Assembly (NCBI GenBank): GCA_963695225.1
Contig: OY968762.1
Coordinates: 1,376,001 to 1,440,000, forward strand
Length of the DNA: 64,000 nt
DNA from: Vulcanimicrobiota bacterium
GTDB lineage: Bacteria; Vulcanimicrobiota; Vulcanimicrobiia; Vulcanimicrobiales; Vulcanimicrobiaceae
Direction: 5' to 3'
Under the pieces are notes generated by a model, which saw nothing but the letters and a program-made list of their open reading frames with translations, did no database searches and was not told the DNA's origin. Position numbers and translations under genes: made by a program. Position 1 is the stretch's first letter, and the number at the start of each line of letters is the position of its first letter. Positions 21,289-31,652 of the stretch are shown piece by piece.

Positions 21289-22239
21289 GTGCGCCGATCG
21301 CTCATTAGGATTGCGGCCGCTTTCTGCGCCGCCGCTCTGCTCGCTCCGGCCGCCCTCTCCGTCCCCGCCCGGGCGGCGGGCAACCCGCCCATCGCCGTCA
21401 TGAACTTCAGCACGAAAGGGCTCACCTCGGATTGGTGGGGCAACTTCGAGCCGGGGATCGCGATCTCCGACCTGCTCTCCGACCAGCTCGTGAACAGCGG
21501 CAAGTTCCGCGTCGTCGACCGCAAGAACCTCGACGCGACGCTCTCCGAGCATAACTTGGCAAAGGCGGGCGAGATCTCGCCCGCTACCGCCATCCAAAGC
21601 GGGCGCCTCACCGGCGCGCGCTACCTCGTCTCGGGAAACGTCCTGCAATTCGATAAGACCGGCAGCAGCGGCGCCAACGTCGGCGGCTTCATCGGCGGCT
21701 TTGCGGGGGCGGCGGTCGGCTCGGTCCGCTCCGACCGCGTGACGCTGCGGGTCGCGGTGCGCGTCGTCGATGCGCTGAGCGGCGAGATCGTGCAATCGAT
21801 CTCGGACGAGCAGACGAAGAATGCCGTCTCCCTCGGCGGCGGCGGCTACTCGGGCTGGACCGCGGGCTCGTATTCGAACTCATCGTTCACGAGCTCGGCG
21901 ATGGGCCAGCTCATCAACTCCGTCGCGCAGGATATCGCCTCGAAGATCGACCCGGCGAAGTTCGCGAGCGAGCCGGCCGCCCCGGCGCTGACCGGGCGCA
22001 TCCTCGCGGTCGACGGGAACGACGTGACCTTGAACATCGGCTCCGCGAAGGGCGTCGCCGTCGGCCAGTTCTTCGACGTCGTGAAGGTCCGTCAATTCAA
22101 GGATCCCGATACCGGGAAGATCCTGACCTCGAAGCTCCCGATCGCCAAGATCCAGATCACCTCCGTCAGCGACGACACGAGCGTCGGGACGAAGGTCTCC
22201 GGAACCCCGGTCGCGGGCGCCAGCGTCAGCTCGGAATAG
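21289..22239 (+). CDS. CsgG/HfaB-family secreted protein with FlgT-like C-terminal beta domain
   Basis: Signal peptide; IAVMNF, LVNSGKFRVVDRKNLDATLSEH, GARYLVSGNV; C-terminal LNIGSAKGVAVGQFFDV. Confidence 0.75.
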   Translation: MRRSLIRIAAAFCAAALLAPAALSVPARAAGNPPIAVMNFSTKGLTSDWWGNFEPGIAISDLLSDQLVNSGKFRVVDRKNLDATLSEHNLAKAGEISPATAIQSGRLTGARYLVSGNVLQFDKTGSSGANVGGFIGGFAGAAVGSVRSDRVTLRVAVRVVDALSGEIVQSISDEQTKNAVSLGGGGYSGWTAGSYSNSSFTSSAMGQLINSVAQDIASKIDPAKFASEPAAPALTGRILAVDGNDVTLNIGSAKGVAVGQFFDVVKVRQFKDPDTGKILTSKLPIAKIQITSVSDDTSVGTKVSGTPVAGASVSSE

Positions 22240-23164
22240 CGCCCGGGCCTGCGGCCAAACGCACGTCCTCGCCGCAACGGACGACGAGGCCGTCGCGGAC
22301 GAGGCCGTCCACGATGCCGCGGAACTCGCCGGGCGCACGTCCGGCGAGCTCCGGTATTTCGCGGTCGAGCGCGAGGAGCGAGATGCCCTCCCCCGCCCCG
22401 AGCGCCCGGAGCCGGTCGACCAAGCGCCCGCGCGCATAGCGCCGCGTCCGCTCGAAGGGGACCCGTTCCCCCGGGGAACGCCGGCGGGCATGCCGGCGGG
22501 CGCGCTCCGCGAGCGTCGCCCCGTCGACCGGCGCCGCCGCGCAGCGCTGGCGGAGCGGGCAGGCCGGGCACCGCGGCGCGCGCGCGGTGCAGATCGTCGC
22601 GCCGAGATCCATCAAAGCGCCGTTCCAATCGTGGCCGCGGCCCGGCGCGACGGCCGCCTGCGCCGCTCGCTCGAGTTCGCGCCCGCTCGCGAGGGGCGGC
22701 CATTCCAGCCCAAAGCAGAGGCGGTGAACGACGCGCCGCACGTTCGTATCGACGGCGGCTTCGTCGCAATCGAAGGCGAAGGCGCGGATCGCGCGCGCCG
22801 TGTACGGCCCGATCCCCGGCAGCGCGCGCAGCGCCGCTTCCTCGCGCGGCAGTTCCGTGCCGCCCCGCGCGCAGACCGCCTGCGCCAATGCGTGCAGGCG
22901 CACCGCGCGCGAATTGTAGCCGAGCCCGCGCCAGGCGCGCACGACGTCGGCGCGGGAGGCTGCGGCGAGCGCGCGGAGCGTCGGCCAGGCGGCGACGAAG
23001 CGCTCGAACGGCGGGATCACCCGCTCCACTTGCGTCTGCTGCAGCATGAACTCGCTGACGAGCGTGAGGTACGGGTCGCGCCGGCGCCGCCAAGGGAGCG
23101 AATGCCGGCCGCTCCGCTCGTACCAGTCGAGCAGCGCCGCATTGAGCGCCGCAATGCGTTCCAC
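22226..23164 (-). CDS. mutY: A/G-specific adenine glycosylase
   Basis: LPWR..DPY..LVSEFMLQQTQV, WRGLGYNSRA, LPGIGPYTA, VDTNVRRV, ALMDLGATIC..PRCPACPL...C. Confidence 0.93.
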   Translation of the reverse strand: MERIAALNAALLDWYERSGRHSLPWRRRRDPYLTLVSEFMLQQTQVERVIPPFERFVAAWPTLRALAAASRADVVRAWRGLGYNSRAVRLHALAQAVCARGGTELPREEAALRALPGIGPYTARAIRAFAFDCDEAAVDTNVRRVVHRLCFGLEWPPLASGRELERAAQAAVAPGRGHDWNGALMDLGATICTARAPRCPACPLRQRCAAAPVDGATLAERARRHARRRSPGERVPFERTRRYARGRLVDRLRALGAGEGISLLALDREIPELAGRAPGEFRGIVDGLVRDGLVVRCGEDVRLAAGPGAIPS

Positions 23165-23187
23165 CTCGCCGGGCGCCGCGAAGGCGG

Positions 23188-24693
23188 TCAGGGGACGCGC
23201 AGGACGCCCGCCGGCCGCCCGGCCTGCGGACGCGTGGAATCGGCCGAGAGCGCCTCGCCGATGCGGCGGATCCCCTCGACGAGGGCCGTGCGCGAGACGG
23301 GCGTGATCGCGAGGCGGAACTGATGCTCTCCGCCGCTGGCAGGGTAGAACGCCTCGCCGAAAAGGAACGAGGCTCCGTGCCGCTCGGCCGCCTCCAGCAG
23401 CGCCCGCGCCCGGATCTCGCGCGGCGCCGTCGCCCAAAGGTAATACCCGTCGCCGCCGCGCGCGAGGCGAATCGAGCTCGGCCAATGCTTCTCGACGGCC
23501 GCGTGGGCGAGCTTGCGCCGCACCGCCAACTCCTCGCGCAGGGCGAGGACGTGCTCGTCGTACGCCCCGCTCAGATAATCGCAGACGCCGGCCTGCACGT
23601 ACAAGCTCGAAGCCATGTCGCAGGATTGCTTGCGCAGCAGCAAGCGCTCGTAGATCGTCCGCGGTGCGGCGAGCCAACCCAGGCGTAACGAGGGCGCGAT
23701 CGTCTTCGAGAAGCTGCTCAAGTAAATGACGTCTTCGAGACCGCGAGCGACGAGCGGCGCGATCGGGACGGCGGCGAGTTCGCCGTAAGGGTCGTCCTCG
23801 ACGATCGGGACGCCGGCCCGGCGCGCCAGCGTCACGAGGCGCGAGCGGCGATCCTCGTTCATCGTCGCGCCGGTCGGATTGTGCATCGAGGGCATCGTGT
23901 AGATGAACCGCGGCCTGCGGTTGCGCAGGATCGCCTCGACGTGGTCGACCCGCATCCCCTCCTCGTCGACCGGGACCGGGATCGCACGCAGCCCCGCGAT
24001 CTGGAAGACCTGCAGCGCGCCGGGATACGTCGGCGCTTCGATGATGATCTCGTCGCCCGGCTCGGCGAGCGATTGCGCGACGAGCGCGATTCCTTGCGTA
24101 GAGCCGGTTAACATGAGAATCTCGCTCGACTCGACGCGGCAGCCCCGCCGGCGCATCCGTGCGGCGACCGCCTCGCGGAGCGTCGCGTACCCTTGGCTAT
24201 CCCCGTAGGAGAGGACGAAGTTCTCGTTCCCGCCGACGCGCGCGAACGAATTCGAGAGGTCGGCGAGCGGCGAAGGTTCGACGGGCGGAACGCCCTGGAT
24301 GAAATCGATCCGCCCGCCCGTCCGGACCGCGGCAAGCTCGCCGAGCACGGCCGGAAACTCCCCGACGCGCCACGGCGGGAGCGTGACCCACCAAGGGACG
24401 CCCGAGGCACGTTCCGGCCGGCCGGAACGCAGAGCCGAGGCGACGCGCGAACCGGAGCCCACGCGCTGTTCGATCAGCCCCTCCGCCGCCAGATCGCGGT
24501 AGGCATGGACAATCGTGCTGCGATTCACCGAGAGCTTCTCGGCGAGACTGCGCTCGGGAAGGAGGCGCGTCGACTCGGGGAGCCCCCCGGTCAAGATCGC
24601 TTCGCGCAGCCCTTCGTAGATCTGCCGGTAGAGCGGAACGATGCTGTCCCGATCCAGGACAGGCGAGAAATCGGACCATCCATTTAGCGACAT
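23188..24693 (-). CDS. MocR/GntR-family regulator with PLP aminotransferase domain
   Basis: N-terminal wHTH (LPERSLAEKLSVNRSTIVHAY), HNPTG, EDDPY, SFSKTIAPSLRLGW. Confidence 0.92.
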   Translation of the reverse strand: MSLNGWSDFSPVLDRDSIVPLYRQIYEGLREAILTGGLPESTRLLPERSLAEKLSVNRSTIVHAYRDLAAEGLIEQRVGSGSRVASALRSGRPERASGVPWWVTLPPWRVGEFPAVLGELAAVRTGGRIDFIQGVPPVEPSPLADLSNSFARVGGNENFVLSYGDSQGYATLREAVAARMRRRGCRVESSEILMLTGSTQGIALVAQSLAEPGDEIIIEAPTYPGALQVFQIAGLRAIPVPVDEEGMRVDHVEAILRNRRPRFIYTMPSMHNPTGATMNEDRRSRLVTLARRAGVPIVEDDPYGELAAVPIAPLVARGLEDVIYLSSFSKTIAPSLRLGWLAAPRTIYERLLLRKQSCDMASSLYVQAGVCDYLSGAYDEHVLALREELAVRRKLAHAAVEKHWPSSIRLARGGDGYYLWATAPREIRARALLEAAERHGASFLFGEAFYPASGGEHQFRLAITPVSRTALVEGIRRIGEALSADSTRPQAGRPAGVLRVP

Positions 24694-24830
24694 TGGCGGG
24701 GCCCATTCTGGTTCGCCCGCGCCTTCTCCCGGTCGCCGGCCGAATCGGAGGGCAGCGAAAATGCAGGCACAACAGCGGGGTTGAATGATGGGAGCGAACG
24801 CGCGCACCTCTGCTGCCGAAGGAGAGTCTC

Positions 24831-26279
24831 TTGGCTGACCACACCGTCGACGCCGTCGTCATCGGAGCCGGACCCGGCGGCTATCACGCCGCGATCCGCC
24901 TTGGCCAACTCGGCAAGAGCGTCGTCTGCTTCGACCGCGACGAGATCGGGGGCGTCTGCCTGAACTGGGGTTGCATCCCGACCAAGGCCCTCTTGCACGT
25001 CGGCGAGGTGGCGCGCCAAATCGACCACGCCGCGGAGATCGGGATCGCGGTTCCCAAGGCGAAGATCGATCGCGAAGGCGTCGCGAAGTTCAAGGATTCC
25101 GTCGTCAAGGCGAACGTCGGCGGCGTGCAATCGCTGTTCAAGGCGAACAACGTGACGTTCGCCTACGGCGATGCCTCGTTCGTCGACAAGCAGACCGTCG
25201 CGCTGCGCAAGCGCGACGGCACGGCCGAGACATACGCGTTCGCGAACGCCGTCATCGCGACCGGCTCGGCCCCGATCGACGTGAAGGCCTGGCCGCGCGA
25301 CGGCGAGACGATCCTCAACTCCGACGACGCGGTGCAGCTCAAGCGAATCCCCGAGAAGCTGCTCGTCGTCGGCGGGGGCGTGATCGGGCTCGAGTTCGCG
25401 ACGGTCTACGCGCGGATGGGCGCGAGCGTGCTCGTCGTCGAGGCGCTCTCGCAGTTGATCACGGGCGCGGATCTCGAGATCTCCAAGACGTTGCAGCGCA
25501 TCCTCAAGAAGCAGGGGATCGAGTTCGCGCTCTCCACGACAGTCGAGACGATGGAAAAGGTAGCGGACCGCGATGTGAAGGTGACGATCAAGGGCGCGTA
25601 CACGAACGGCAAGCCGGAGACGCGCGAGTTCGACATGGTGCTCGTCGCGGTCGGCCGCCGCCCCGTCACCGATACGCTGAACCTCGCCGCCGCGGGACTC
25701 TCCATCGACGAGCGCGGTTTCCTCGCGGTCGACGCGCAACGCCGCACCGCCGTTCCGCACATCTTTGCGATCGGCGACGTCGCGGGCGCTCCGCTCCTCG
25801 CGCACAAGGCGATGAAGGAGGGCGTCGTCGCCGCGGAAGTTATCGCCGGCGACCGCTCCGCCGCGTTCGACCCGGTCGCGATCCCGAACTGCGTCTACAC
25901 CGATCCCGAGGTCGCGACCGTCGGCCTTTCCGAAGAGGAAGCGAAAGCAAAAGGCTACGACGTGCGCATCGGCAAGTTTCCGTTGCAAGCGAGCGGGCGC
26001 GCCCGCACGATGAACGCGACGGACGGCTTGATCAAACTCGTCGGCGACGCGAAGAGCGATCTCTTGCTCGGCATGCACATCGTCGCGCCGCAGGCCGAAT
26101 CGTTGATCGGCGAGGGCGTGATCGCGCTCGAGATGGGCGCGACCGTCGAGGATATCGGGCTTTCGATCCACCCGCACCCGACGTTGACGGAATCGATCAT
26201 GGACGCCGCGGAGGCGATGCACAACAAGGCGATTCACATTCCGAACCCCAAGCCGCCGAAGGTTCCGGCGGGCGTCTAG
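24831..26279 (+). CDS. lpdA: Dihydrolipoyl dehydrogenase
   Basis: [20 protein letters not shown] redox disulfide, [19 protein letters not shown] start with AAGGAG RBS. Confidence 0.97.
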   Translation: MADHTVDAVVIGAGPGGYHAAIRLGQLGKSVVCFDRDEIGGVCLNWGCIPTKALLHVGEVARQIDHAAEIGIAVPKAKIDREGVAKFKDSVVKANVGGVQSLFKANNVTFAYGDASFVDKQTVALRKRDGTAETYAFANAVIATGSAPIDVKAWPRDGETILNSDDAVQLKRIPEKLLVVGGGVIGLEFATVYARMGASVLVVEALSQLITGADLEISKTLQRILKKQGIEFALSTTVETMEKVADRDVKVTIKGAYTNGKPETREFDMVLVAVGRRPVTDTLNLAAAGLSIDERGFLAVDAQRRTAVPHIFAIGDVAGAPLLAHKAMKEGVVAAEVIAGDRSAAFDPVAIPNCVYTDPEVATVGLSEEEAKAKGYDVRIGKFPLQASGRARTMNATDGLIKLVGDAKSDLLLGMHIVAPQAESLIGEGVIALEMGATVEDIGLSIHPHPTLTESIMDAAEAMHNKAIHIPNPKPPKVPAGV

Positions 26280-26282
26280 GCG

Positions 26283-26978
26283 GTGCTCGCTGCGACGCCT
26301 ATCCCACGCGACGTTCGCCTGCTCGATCTCGGGCGGCGTCCGTATGGGGACGTCCTCGCGTTGCAGCGGGAATTGCACGCCGCCGTCGCGGCGGGCGCAC
26401 CCGAAACCTGGATCGTCGTCGAGCACGACCCGGTCGTCACGTTCGGGCGCAACGCGAAGGACGAGAACCTCCTGCTCCCGCGCGCGCTGCTCGCCGAACG
26501 CGGCATCGAAGTGCATCGGATCGAGCGCGGAGGCGACGTCACCTACCACGGTCCGGGGCAAGTCGTCGTCTACCCGATTCGCAAGCTCGAGCGCTTCCGC
26601 GAAGTCGTCCCGCTCGTGTCTGCGCTCGAGCGCGCGGCGATCGGCGCGCTCGCCTCATTCGGGATCGAAGGCGCGACCCGCGGCGAGCATCGCGGCGTCT
26701 ACGTCGGTTCGAATGCGATCTGCGCGGTCGGCCTCGCGGTGCGGCGCATGACCTCGCTGCACGGACTCGCGCTCAACGTCTGCACGGCGCTCGATTACGA
26801 TCGTTTGATCTTGCCCTGCGGGACCACGCAATTCGGGATCACCTCGGTCTCCCGCGAACTCGCGCGCCCCGTTGCATGGAGCGATGGGCGGGATGCGCTG
26901 CTCGCCGCGCTGGCTGCCGTGTTCGCGCTCCGCTTCGTCCCGGCGAGCGTCGAAGCTCCGGCGAAGGCAGCCGTATGA
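26283..26978 (+). CDS. lipB: Lipoyl(octanoyl) transferase
   Basis: EHDPVVTFG, ERGGDVTYHGPGQ, HGLALNV, PCG. Confidence 0.93.
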   Translation: MLAATPIPRDVRLLDLGRRPYGDVLALQRELHAAVAAGAPETWIVVEHDPVVTFGRNAKDENLLLPRALLAERGIEVHRIERGGDVTYHGPGQVVVYPIRKLERFREVVPLVSALERAAIGALASFGIEGATRGEHRGVYVGSNAICAVGLAVRRMTSLHGLALNVCTALDYDRLILPCGTTQFGITSVSRELARPVAWSDGRDALLAALAAVFALRFVPASVEAPAKAAV

Positions 26979-27886
26979 TCGACTTGACGAAGCCGGGCGG
27001 CGCGGCGCCGCAGCCGCCTTTGCGCAAGCCCCCGTGGCTGACGATCCCGCTGGCACATGGCGAGGGATACGAGCGCGTCAAGAGCAAGGTCGCGGGCCTC
27101 GGCTTGCACACGGTCTGCCGCGAAGCGATGTGTCCGAACCTCGGCGAGTGCTGGAGTGCGGGGACCGCGACGATCATGATCCTCGGCGACACGTGCACGC
27201 GCGGCTGCCGCTTCTGCAACGTGAAGACGGGCAGCCCGCGCGGCGAGGTCGATTGGCTCGAGCCCAAGCGCGTCGCCGAAGCCGTGCGCGACATGGGCTG
27301 GAAGTATCTCGTTTTGACCGCCGTCGACCGCGACGATCTCGCCGACGGCGGCGCCGCGATCTTCGCGAGCACGGTGCGCGCGATCCACAAGCTCTCCCCG
27401 CAAGCGAAGGTCGAGTGCCTGACCGGCGATTTCGCGGGCGACCTCGCCGCGCTCGACGTCGTGCTCGAGAGCGAGCCGGAAGTGTTCGCGCACAACCTCG
27501 AGACCGTCGCGCGGCTCCAAGCGACGGTCCGCGACAAGCGCGCGAACTTCGCTCAGTCGCTGGCCATCCTCGCGCACGCGAAGCGCAGCGGGAAGATCCG
27601 CTACGCGAAGACCTCGCTGATGCTCGGGCTCGGTGAGACCGAACTCGAAATCGAGGCGACGATGGACGCCGCACGCGACGCCGGCGTCGACATCTTCACC
27701 ATGGGGCAGTATCTGCAGCCGACGAAGCGCCACTTGCCGGTCGCCGAATACGTGACGCCCGAGAAATTCGGCCGGATGCGCGCGCTCGGCTTCACGAAAG
27801 GCTTCCGCCAAGTCGTCTCGAGCCCGCTCTCGCGCAGTTCGTATCACGCGGAGCAAGTTTTTCACGAGCCGGAAACGGCGCCGTAA
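26975..27886 (+). CDS. lipA: Lipoyl synthase
   Basis: RKPPWL, TVCREAMCPNLGECW, CTRGCRFC radical-SAM motif, GQYLQP, RSSYHA. Confidence 0.97.
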   Translation: MIDLTKPGGAAPQPPLRKPPWLTIPLAHGEGYERVKSKVAGLGLHTVCREAMCPNLGECWSAGTATIMILGDTCTRGCRFCNVKTGSPRGEVDWLEPKRVAEAVRDMGWKYLVLTAVDRDDLADGGAAIFASTVRAIHKLSPQAKVECLTGDFAGDLAALDVVLESEPEVFAHNLETVARLQATVRDKRANFAQSLAILAHAKRSGKIRYAKTSLMLGLGETELEIEATMDAARDAGVDIFTMGQYLQPTKRHLPVAEYVTPEKFGRMRALGFTKGFRQVVSSPLSRSSYHAEQVFHEPETAP

Positions 27887-27891
27887 CGCCG

Positions 27892-28161
27892 ATGGCCGAG
27901 CGTAGGCGGGTGACCGACGACGACATCCTGGCGGGGTTCCAGAGCCTGCACGAAGCGATCGCGCTCGGCTTCGCGCGTGTCGACGAGCGCTTCGCGCGTG
28001 TCGACGAGCGCTTCGAGCGCATGGAGGAGCGCTTCCGCGAAATGGACCGCCGCTTCGACATGCTCGAAGCCCGCATGCTGCGCCGCTTCGACGACGTCGA
28101 CGTCCGTTTCGGCGAGGTCGACCGCCGGCTACGGCAGCTCGAGGAGAGCAGGCGAGGCTAG
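27892..28161 (+). CDS. Small heptad-repeat coiled-coil protein
   Basis: Repeated 7-aa units (RFARVDE, RFERMEE, RFREMDR...), including an exact 21-bp tandem duplication near 27969-28010. Confidence 0.7.
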   Translation: MAERRRVTDDDILAGFQSLHEAIALGFARVDERFARVDERFERMEERFREMDRRFDMLEARMLRRFDDVDVRFGEVDRRLRQLEESRRG

Positions 28162-28208
28162 CCGGCAAGGCCCGCAATCGCGGGGCGGGAAGACGCCCGA
28201 GAGAATCT

Positions 28209-29471
28209 CTAGGCGTATACGCCGCGGATGCGGAGCGACTTCGTGACGCGGTCGATCGCCAGCACGTACGCGGCCGTGCGCAGCGATATGCGGCGAGCCC
28301 GCGCGACGTCACGGACGATGTCGAAATTCGTCAGCAGGATGTCGGCGAGCCGCTCGTTGACCTCGGATTCCTTCCAGAAATACCCGGCGCGGTCTTGGGC
28401 CCATTCGAAGTACGAGACCGTCACGCCGCCGGCGTTCGCGACGATATCCGGGATCACGGTGATCCCGCGGCTCGCGAAGATGCGGTCCGCATCCGGCGTC
28501 GTCGGCCCGTTCGCGCCCTCGACGATCAGCTTGGCTTGGATCAGCCCCGCGTTTTCGACCGTGAGCTGTTTTTCGAGCGCGGCCGGGACGAGCACGTCGC
28601 AGGGAAGTTCGAGAAATGCGTCGTTCTTCACGCGTTCGCCGCCGCGATAGCCGTGGAGCGAATGATGCTCCTGCGCGTAGGCGGAGGCGCTCGCGAGATC
28701 GATCCCCCGCTCGTTGTAGTAGCCGCCCGAGACGTCGGAGATCCCGACGATCTTGCAGCCGCGCTCGGCGAACATCCGCGCCGCGACGGAGCCGACGTTG
28801 CCGAAGCCCTGCACGACGATCCTCGCGCCTTTCGCCTCGATGCCCATCTGTTGCATCTGCGCGAACGCGACGAGGGAGACGCCGCGCCCCGTCGCCTCGA
28901 CGCGCCCGCGCGAACCGCCGATCTCGACGGGCTTCCCCGTGACGACGCCGGGGACGTGCATGCGCATGTGCATCGAGTAGGTGTCCATGAACCACGCCAT
29001 GATCTGCGGCGTCGTTCCGACGTCGGGGGCCGGAACGTCCTTATCGGGTCCGACGACCTCGACGAGCTCGGCCGCGTACCGCCGCGTGATCCGTTCCAGT
29101 TCCCCCGCCGAGAGCTTCGCCGGATCGCAGGTCACGCCGCCCTTCCCGCCGCCGAACGGCAGGTCGACGACGGCGCATTTCCACGTCATCCAGAACGCGA
29201 GCGCCGTCACCTCGTCGAGCGTGACGCCGGGATGGTAGCGGATGCCGCCCTTGGCGGGCCCGCGCGCGAAATTGTACTGGACGCGGTATCCGGTGTAGAC
29301 GTCCAGTTCGCCCGAATCCCGCTGGAACGGGATCGCGAAGATGATCTGCCGCGAGGGGTGCGTCAGCAGGCGGCGCATTCCGGGGTCCAGATCGAGCATC
29401 AGCGCCGCCTCGTTGAAGTACGAGATCGCATCGCCGAAGACTGAGACATCCCTCGCGACCGTCATAGCCAT
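28209..29471 (-). CDS. gdhA: Glu/Leu/Phe/Val dehydrogenase (glutamate dehydrogenase)
   Basis: GPAKGGIRYHP, PFGGGKGG, DVPAPDVGT, QGFGNVG, EGANGP, NAGGVTVSYFEW. Confidence 0.95.
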   Translation of the reverse strand: MAMTVARDVSVFGDAISYFNEAALMLDLDPGMRRLLTHPSRQIIFAIPFQRDSGELDVYTGYRVQYNFARGPAKGGIRYHPGVTLDEVTALAFWMTWKCAVVDLPFGGGKGGVTCDPAKLSAGELERITRRYAAELVEVVGPDKDVPAPDVGTTPQIMAWFMDTYSMHMRMHVPGVVTGKPVEIGGSRGRVEATGRGVSLVAFAQMQQMGIEAKGARIVVQGFGNVGSVAARMFAERGCKIVGISDVSGGYYNERGIDLASASAYAQEHHSLHGYRGGERVKNDAFLELPCDVLVPAALEKQLTVENAGLIQAKLIVEGANGPTTPDADRIFASRGITVIPDIVANAGGVTVSYFEWAQDRAGYFWKESEVNERLADILLTNFDIVRDVARARRISLRTAAYVLAIDRVTKSLRIRGVYA

Positions 29472-29618
29472 GCCGACTTTTCCCCCGTGGAGAACCGAAC
29501 TCCAAGGAACCTTATTCCTCGGAGCCGTTTCCCCTACACATGTAGAACCAGCGGGGCTGATTCTACACCATATGTCCTATATTCGGCTGAGAAATCCGCC
29601 GGATTCACACCGTCTGTA

Positions 29619-30713
29619 TCAGACGTTGAAGCGGAACGTGACGACGTCGCCTTCCTGCATGACGTATTCCTTACCCTCGCTGCGCAGCAAGCCCGCCGCG
29701 CGCGCCGCTTCGACGCTCCCCAGGCGCCTGAAATCGTCGTACGAAACGATCTCGGCCCGAATGAATCCGCGCTCGAGGTCGCTGTGGATCTTCCCCGCGG
29801 CCTGCGGTGCTTTCGTCCCGCGCTCGATCGTCCAAGCGCGGACCTCCTTCTCGCCGGCGGTCAGGTACGTCATCAGCCCGAGCAGGTCGTACGCGCTCAG
29901 GATCAGCTGGTCGAGACCGCCCCGCTCGATCCCGAGCTCGTGGCAGAACGCCTTCGCGTCGCCGTCGGAGAGGCCGGCGAGTTCGGCTTCGATCTTCCCG
30001 CAGAACGCGATCGCGCGGCTGCGCTCCTTCGCGGCCCGTTCGAACACGGCGCGCGCCTCGTCGCCGAGGGCCCCGATCTGGTCCTCGTCGATGTTCGCGA
30101 CGTAGAGCAGCGGCTTCCCGGTTAAGAGGAACGACTCGCGGGCGATCTGCGCTTCGAGCGAATCGGCCGGAAACGTTCGGGCGGGGATCCCCTCCTCGAG
30201 CGCGGCGAAGAGCCGCCGGGCCGCTTCGACCATCGGCCCGATCTTCGGATTGACGCGCGCTTCGCGCTCGAGCTTGTCGGCTCGTTTGGCTAGCGTCGCC
30301 AAGTCGGCTAGTGCCATCTCGATCGTGATGATCTCGATGTCGCGCAGCGGATCGGGCGATCCCTCGACGTGCGTCACGTTCGGGTCGGAGAAGCAGCGCA
30401 CGACCATCGCCACGGCATCGGTTTCACGGATGTGGCTGAGGAACGCGTTTCCGAGCCCGGCCCCGGAACTCGCGCCGCGAACGAGGCCCGCGATATCGAC
30501 GAACTTCATCGTCGCGGGCACGATCCGCTGGGCGTGAACGAGATCGGAGAGCACCCCGAGGCGCTCGTCGGGGACGGGCACCTCGCCGACGTTCGGTTCG
30601 ATCGTCGCGAAGGGGTAGTTGGCGGCCAGTGCCGCGGCCGAGCGCGTCAGCGCGTTGAAGATCGTAGACTTGCCGACATTGGGCAAGCCGACGATGCCAC
30701 ATGATAATCCCAT
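29619..30713 (-). CDS. ychF: Redox-regulated ATPase YchF
   Basis: GIVGLPNVGKST, ANYPFATIEPN, DIAGLVRGAS, terminal EGKEYVMQEGDVVTFRFNV. Confidence 0.97.
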   Translation of the reverse strand: MGLSCGIVGLPNVGKSTIFNALTRSAAALAANYPFATIEPNVGEVPVPDERLGVLSDLVHAQRIVPATMKFVDIAGLVRGASSGAGLGNAFLSHIRETDAVAMVVRCFSDPNVTHVEGSPDPLRDIEIITIEMALADLATLAKRADKLEREARVNPKIGPMVEAARRLFAALEEGIPARTFPADSLEAQIARESFLLTGKPLLYVANIDEDQIGALGDEARAVFERAAKERSRAIAFCGKIEAELAGLSDGDAKAFCHELGIERGGLDQLILSAYDLLGLMTYLTAGEKEVRAWTIERGTKAPQAAGKIHSDLERGFIRAEIVSYDDFRRLGSVEAARAAGLLRSEGKEYVMQEGDVVTFRFNV

Positions 30714-30779
30714 GAAAAGCCGACCGTCCGCGTTCGGCCCCGGCAAGGAATCGTCCTGGGAGCGTAGGATTTACACGTG

Positions 30780-31253
30780 ATGCGGCAGATGAAGGTTGAC
30801 AAGCTGGGGATCGACCTCCTCACGCACGACCCCGTGGTCATTCTGAAGGACCTCGAAGGGAAGCGCTTCCTTCCGATCCTGATCGGACCGTTCGAGGCGA
30901 CGGCGATCGCGCTCGCGCTCGAAGGTACCGCCGTTCCGCGCCCGCTCTCGCACGATCTGATGCGTTCGCTGCTCGAGACGATGCACGCGAAACTCGAACA
31001 GATCGTGATCCACGATATCAAGGACTCGACGTTCTTCGCGAAGCTGATCGTGCGCACGAACGGCGAAACTCAAGAGATCGACGCACGCCCTTCCGACGGC
31101 ATCGCGCTCGCGCTGCGGATGCAGGCGCCGATCTTCGTTTCGGACCGGATCGTGCTCGAAGAAACCGTCGCCGACAAGAAGGCCGAGCAGGAAGAAGAAT
31201 CGCGTTTCCGGCGTTTCATAGAAGATCTGAAACCAGGCGATTTCAGGGACTAG
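30780..31253 (+). CDS. Bifunctional nuclease family protein (DUF151)
   Basis: LPILIGPFEATAIA, RPLSHDL, IDARPSDGIALALR. Confidence 0.92.
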   Translation: MRQMKVDKLGIDLLTHDPVVILKDLEGKRFLPILIGPFEATAIALALEGTAVPRPLSHDLMRSLLETMHAKLEQIVIHDIKDSTFFAKLIVRTNGETQEIDARPSDGIALALRMQAPIFVSDRIVLEETVADKKAEQEEESRFRRFIEDLKPGDFRD

Positions 31254-31308
31254 GAATCTAGTCCGGAAGCCTCAAGCACCAACTGCACCGAGAGGCTATC
31301 GTAATATC

Positions 31309-31557
31309 GTGAACCAGTCGCTTCCGCCCACGATCACCTCCATCATCACGTCGAAGCACGACCCCAACGCGGCGGCGCCTTGCCCCGCATGCAGCGCGGA
31401 GCGCGACCGGGTCGTCCTTTCAGGCGTCGAAGGCTACTTCATCGCAGCGGTCTGCGCGGCGTGCGGCAAAGGCGATCGCGAATCGCGCTTCTATCGCGGA
31501 CGCGAGCGCGCCGAGGCAGCGCTCGACAGCGGATCGTTCTCGCGCTTCGAGGTCTGA
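31309..31557 (+). CDS. Small hypothetical protein, possible zinc ribbon
   Basis: CPAC...CAAC pairs; fills the intergenic gap. Confidence 0.55.
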   Translation: MNQSLPPTITSIITSKHDPNAAAPCPACSAERDRVVLSGVEGYFIAAVCAACGKGDRESRFYRGRERAEAALDSGSFSRFEV

Positions 31558-31652
31558 GCGCGCCGCGAGGGGAGCGCTTTCGCCTCCCGACGAACCGCGA
31601 CCGGCGGTCCGCTCGATTTTCTGCGGACCGTTCCGGTAGAGAGGTTTGAGGG

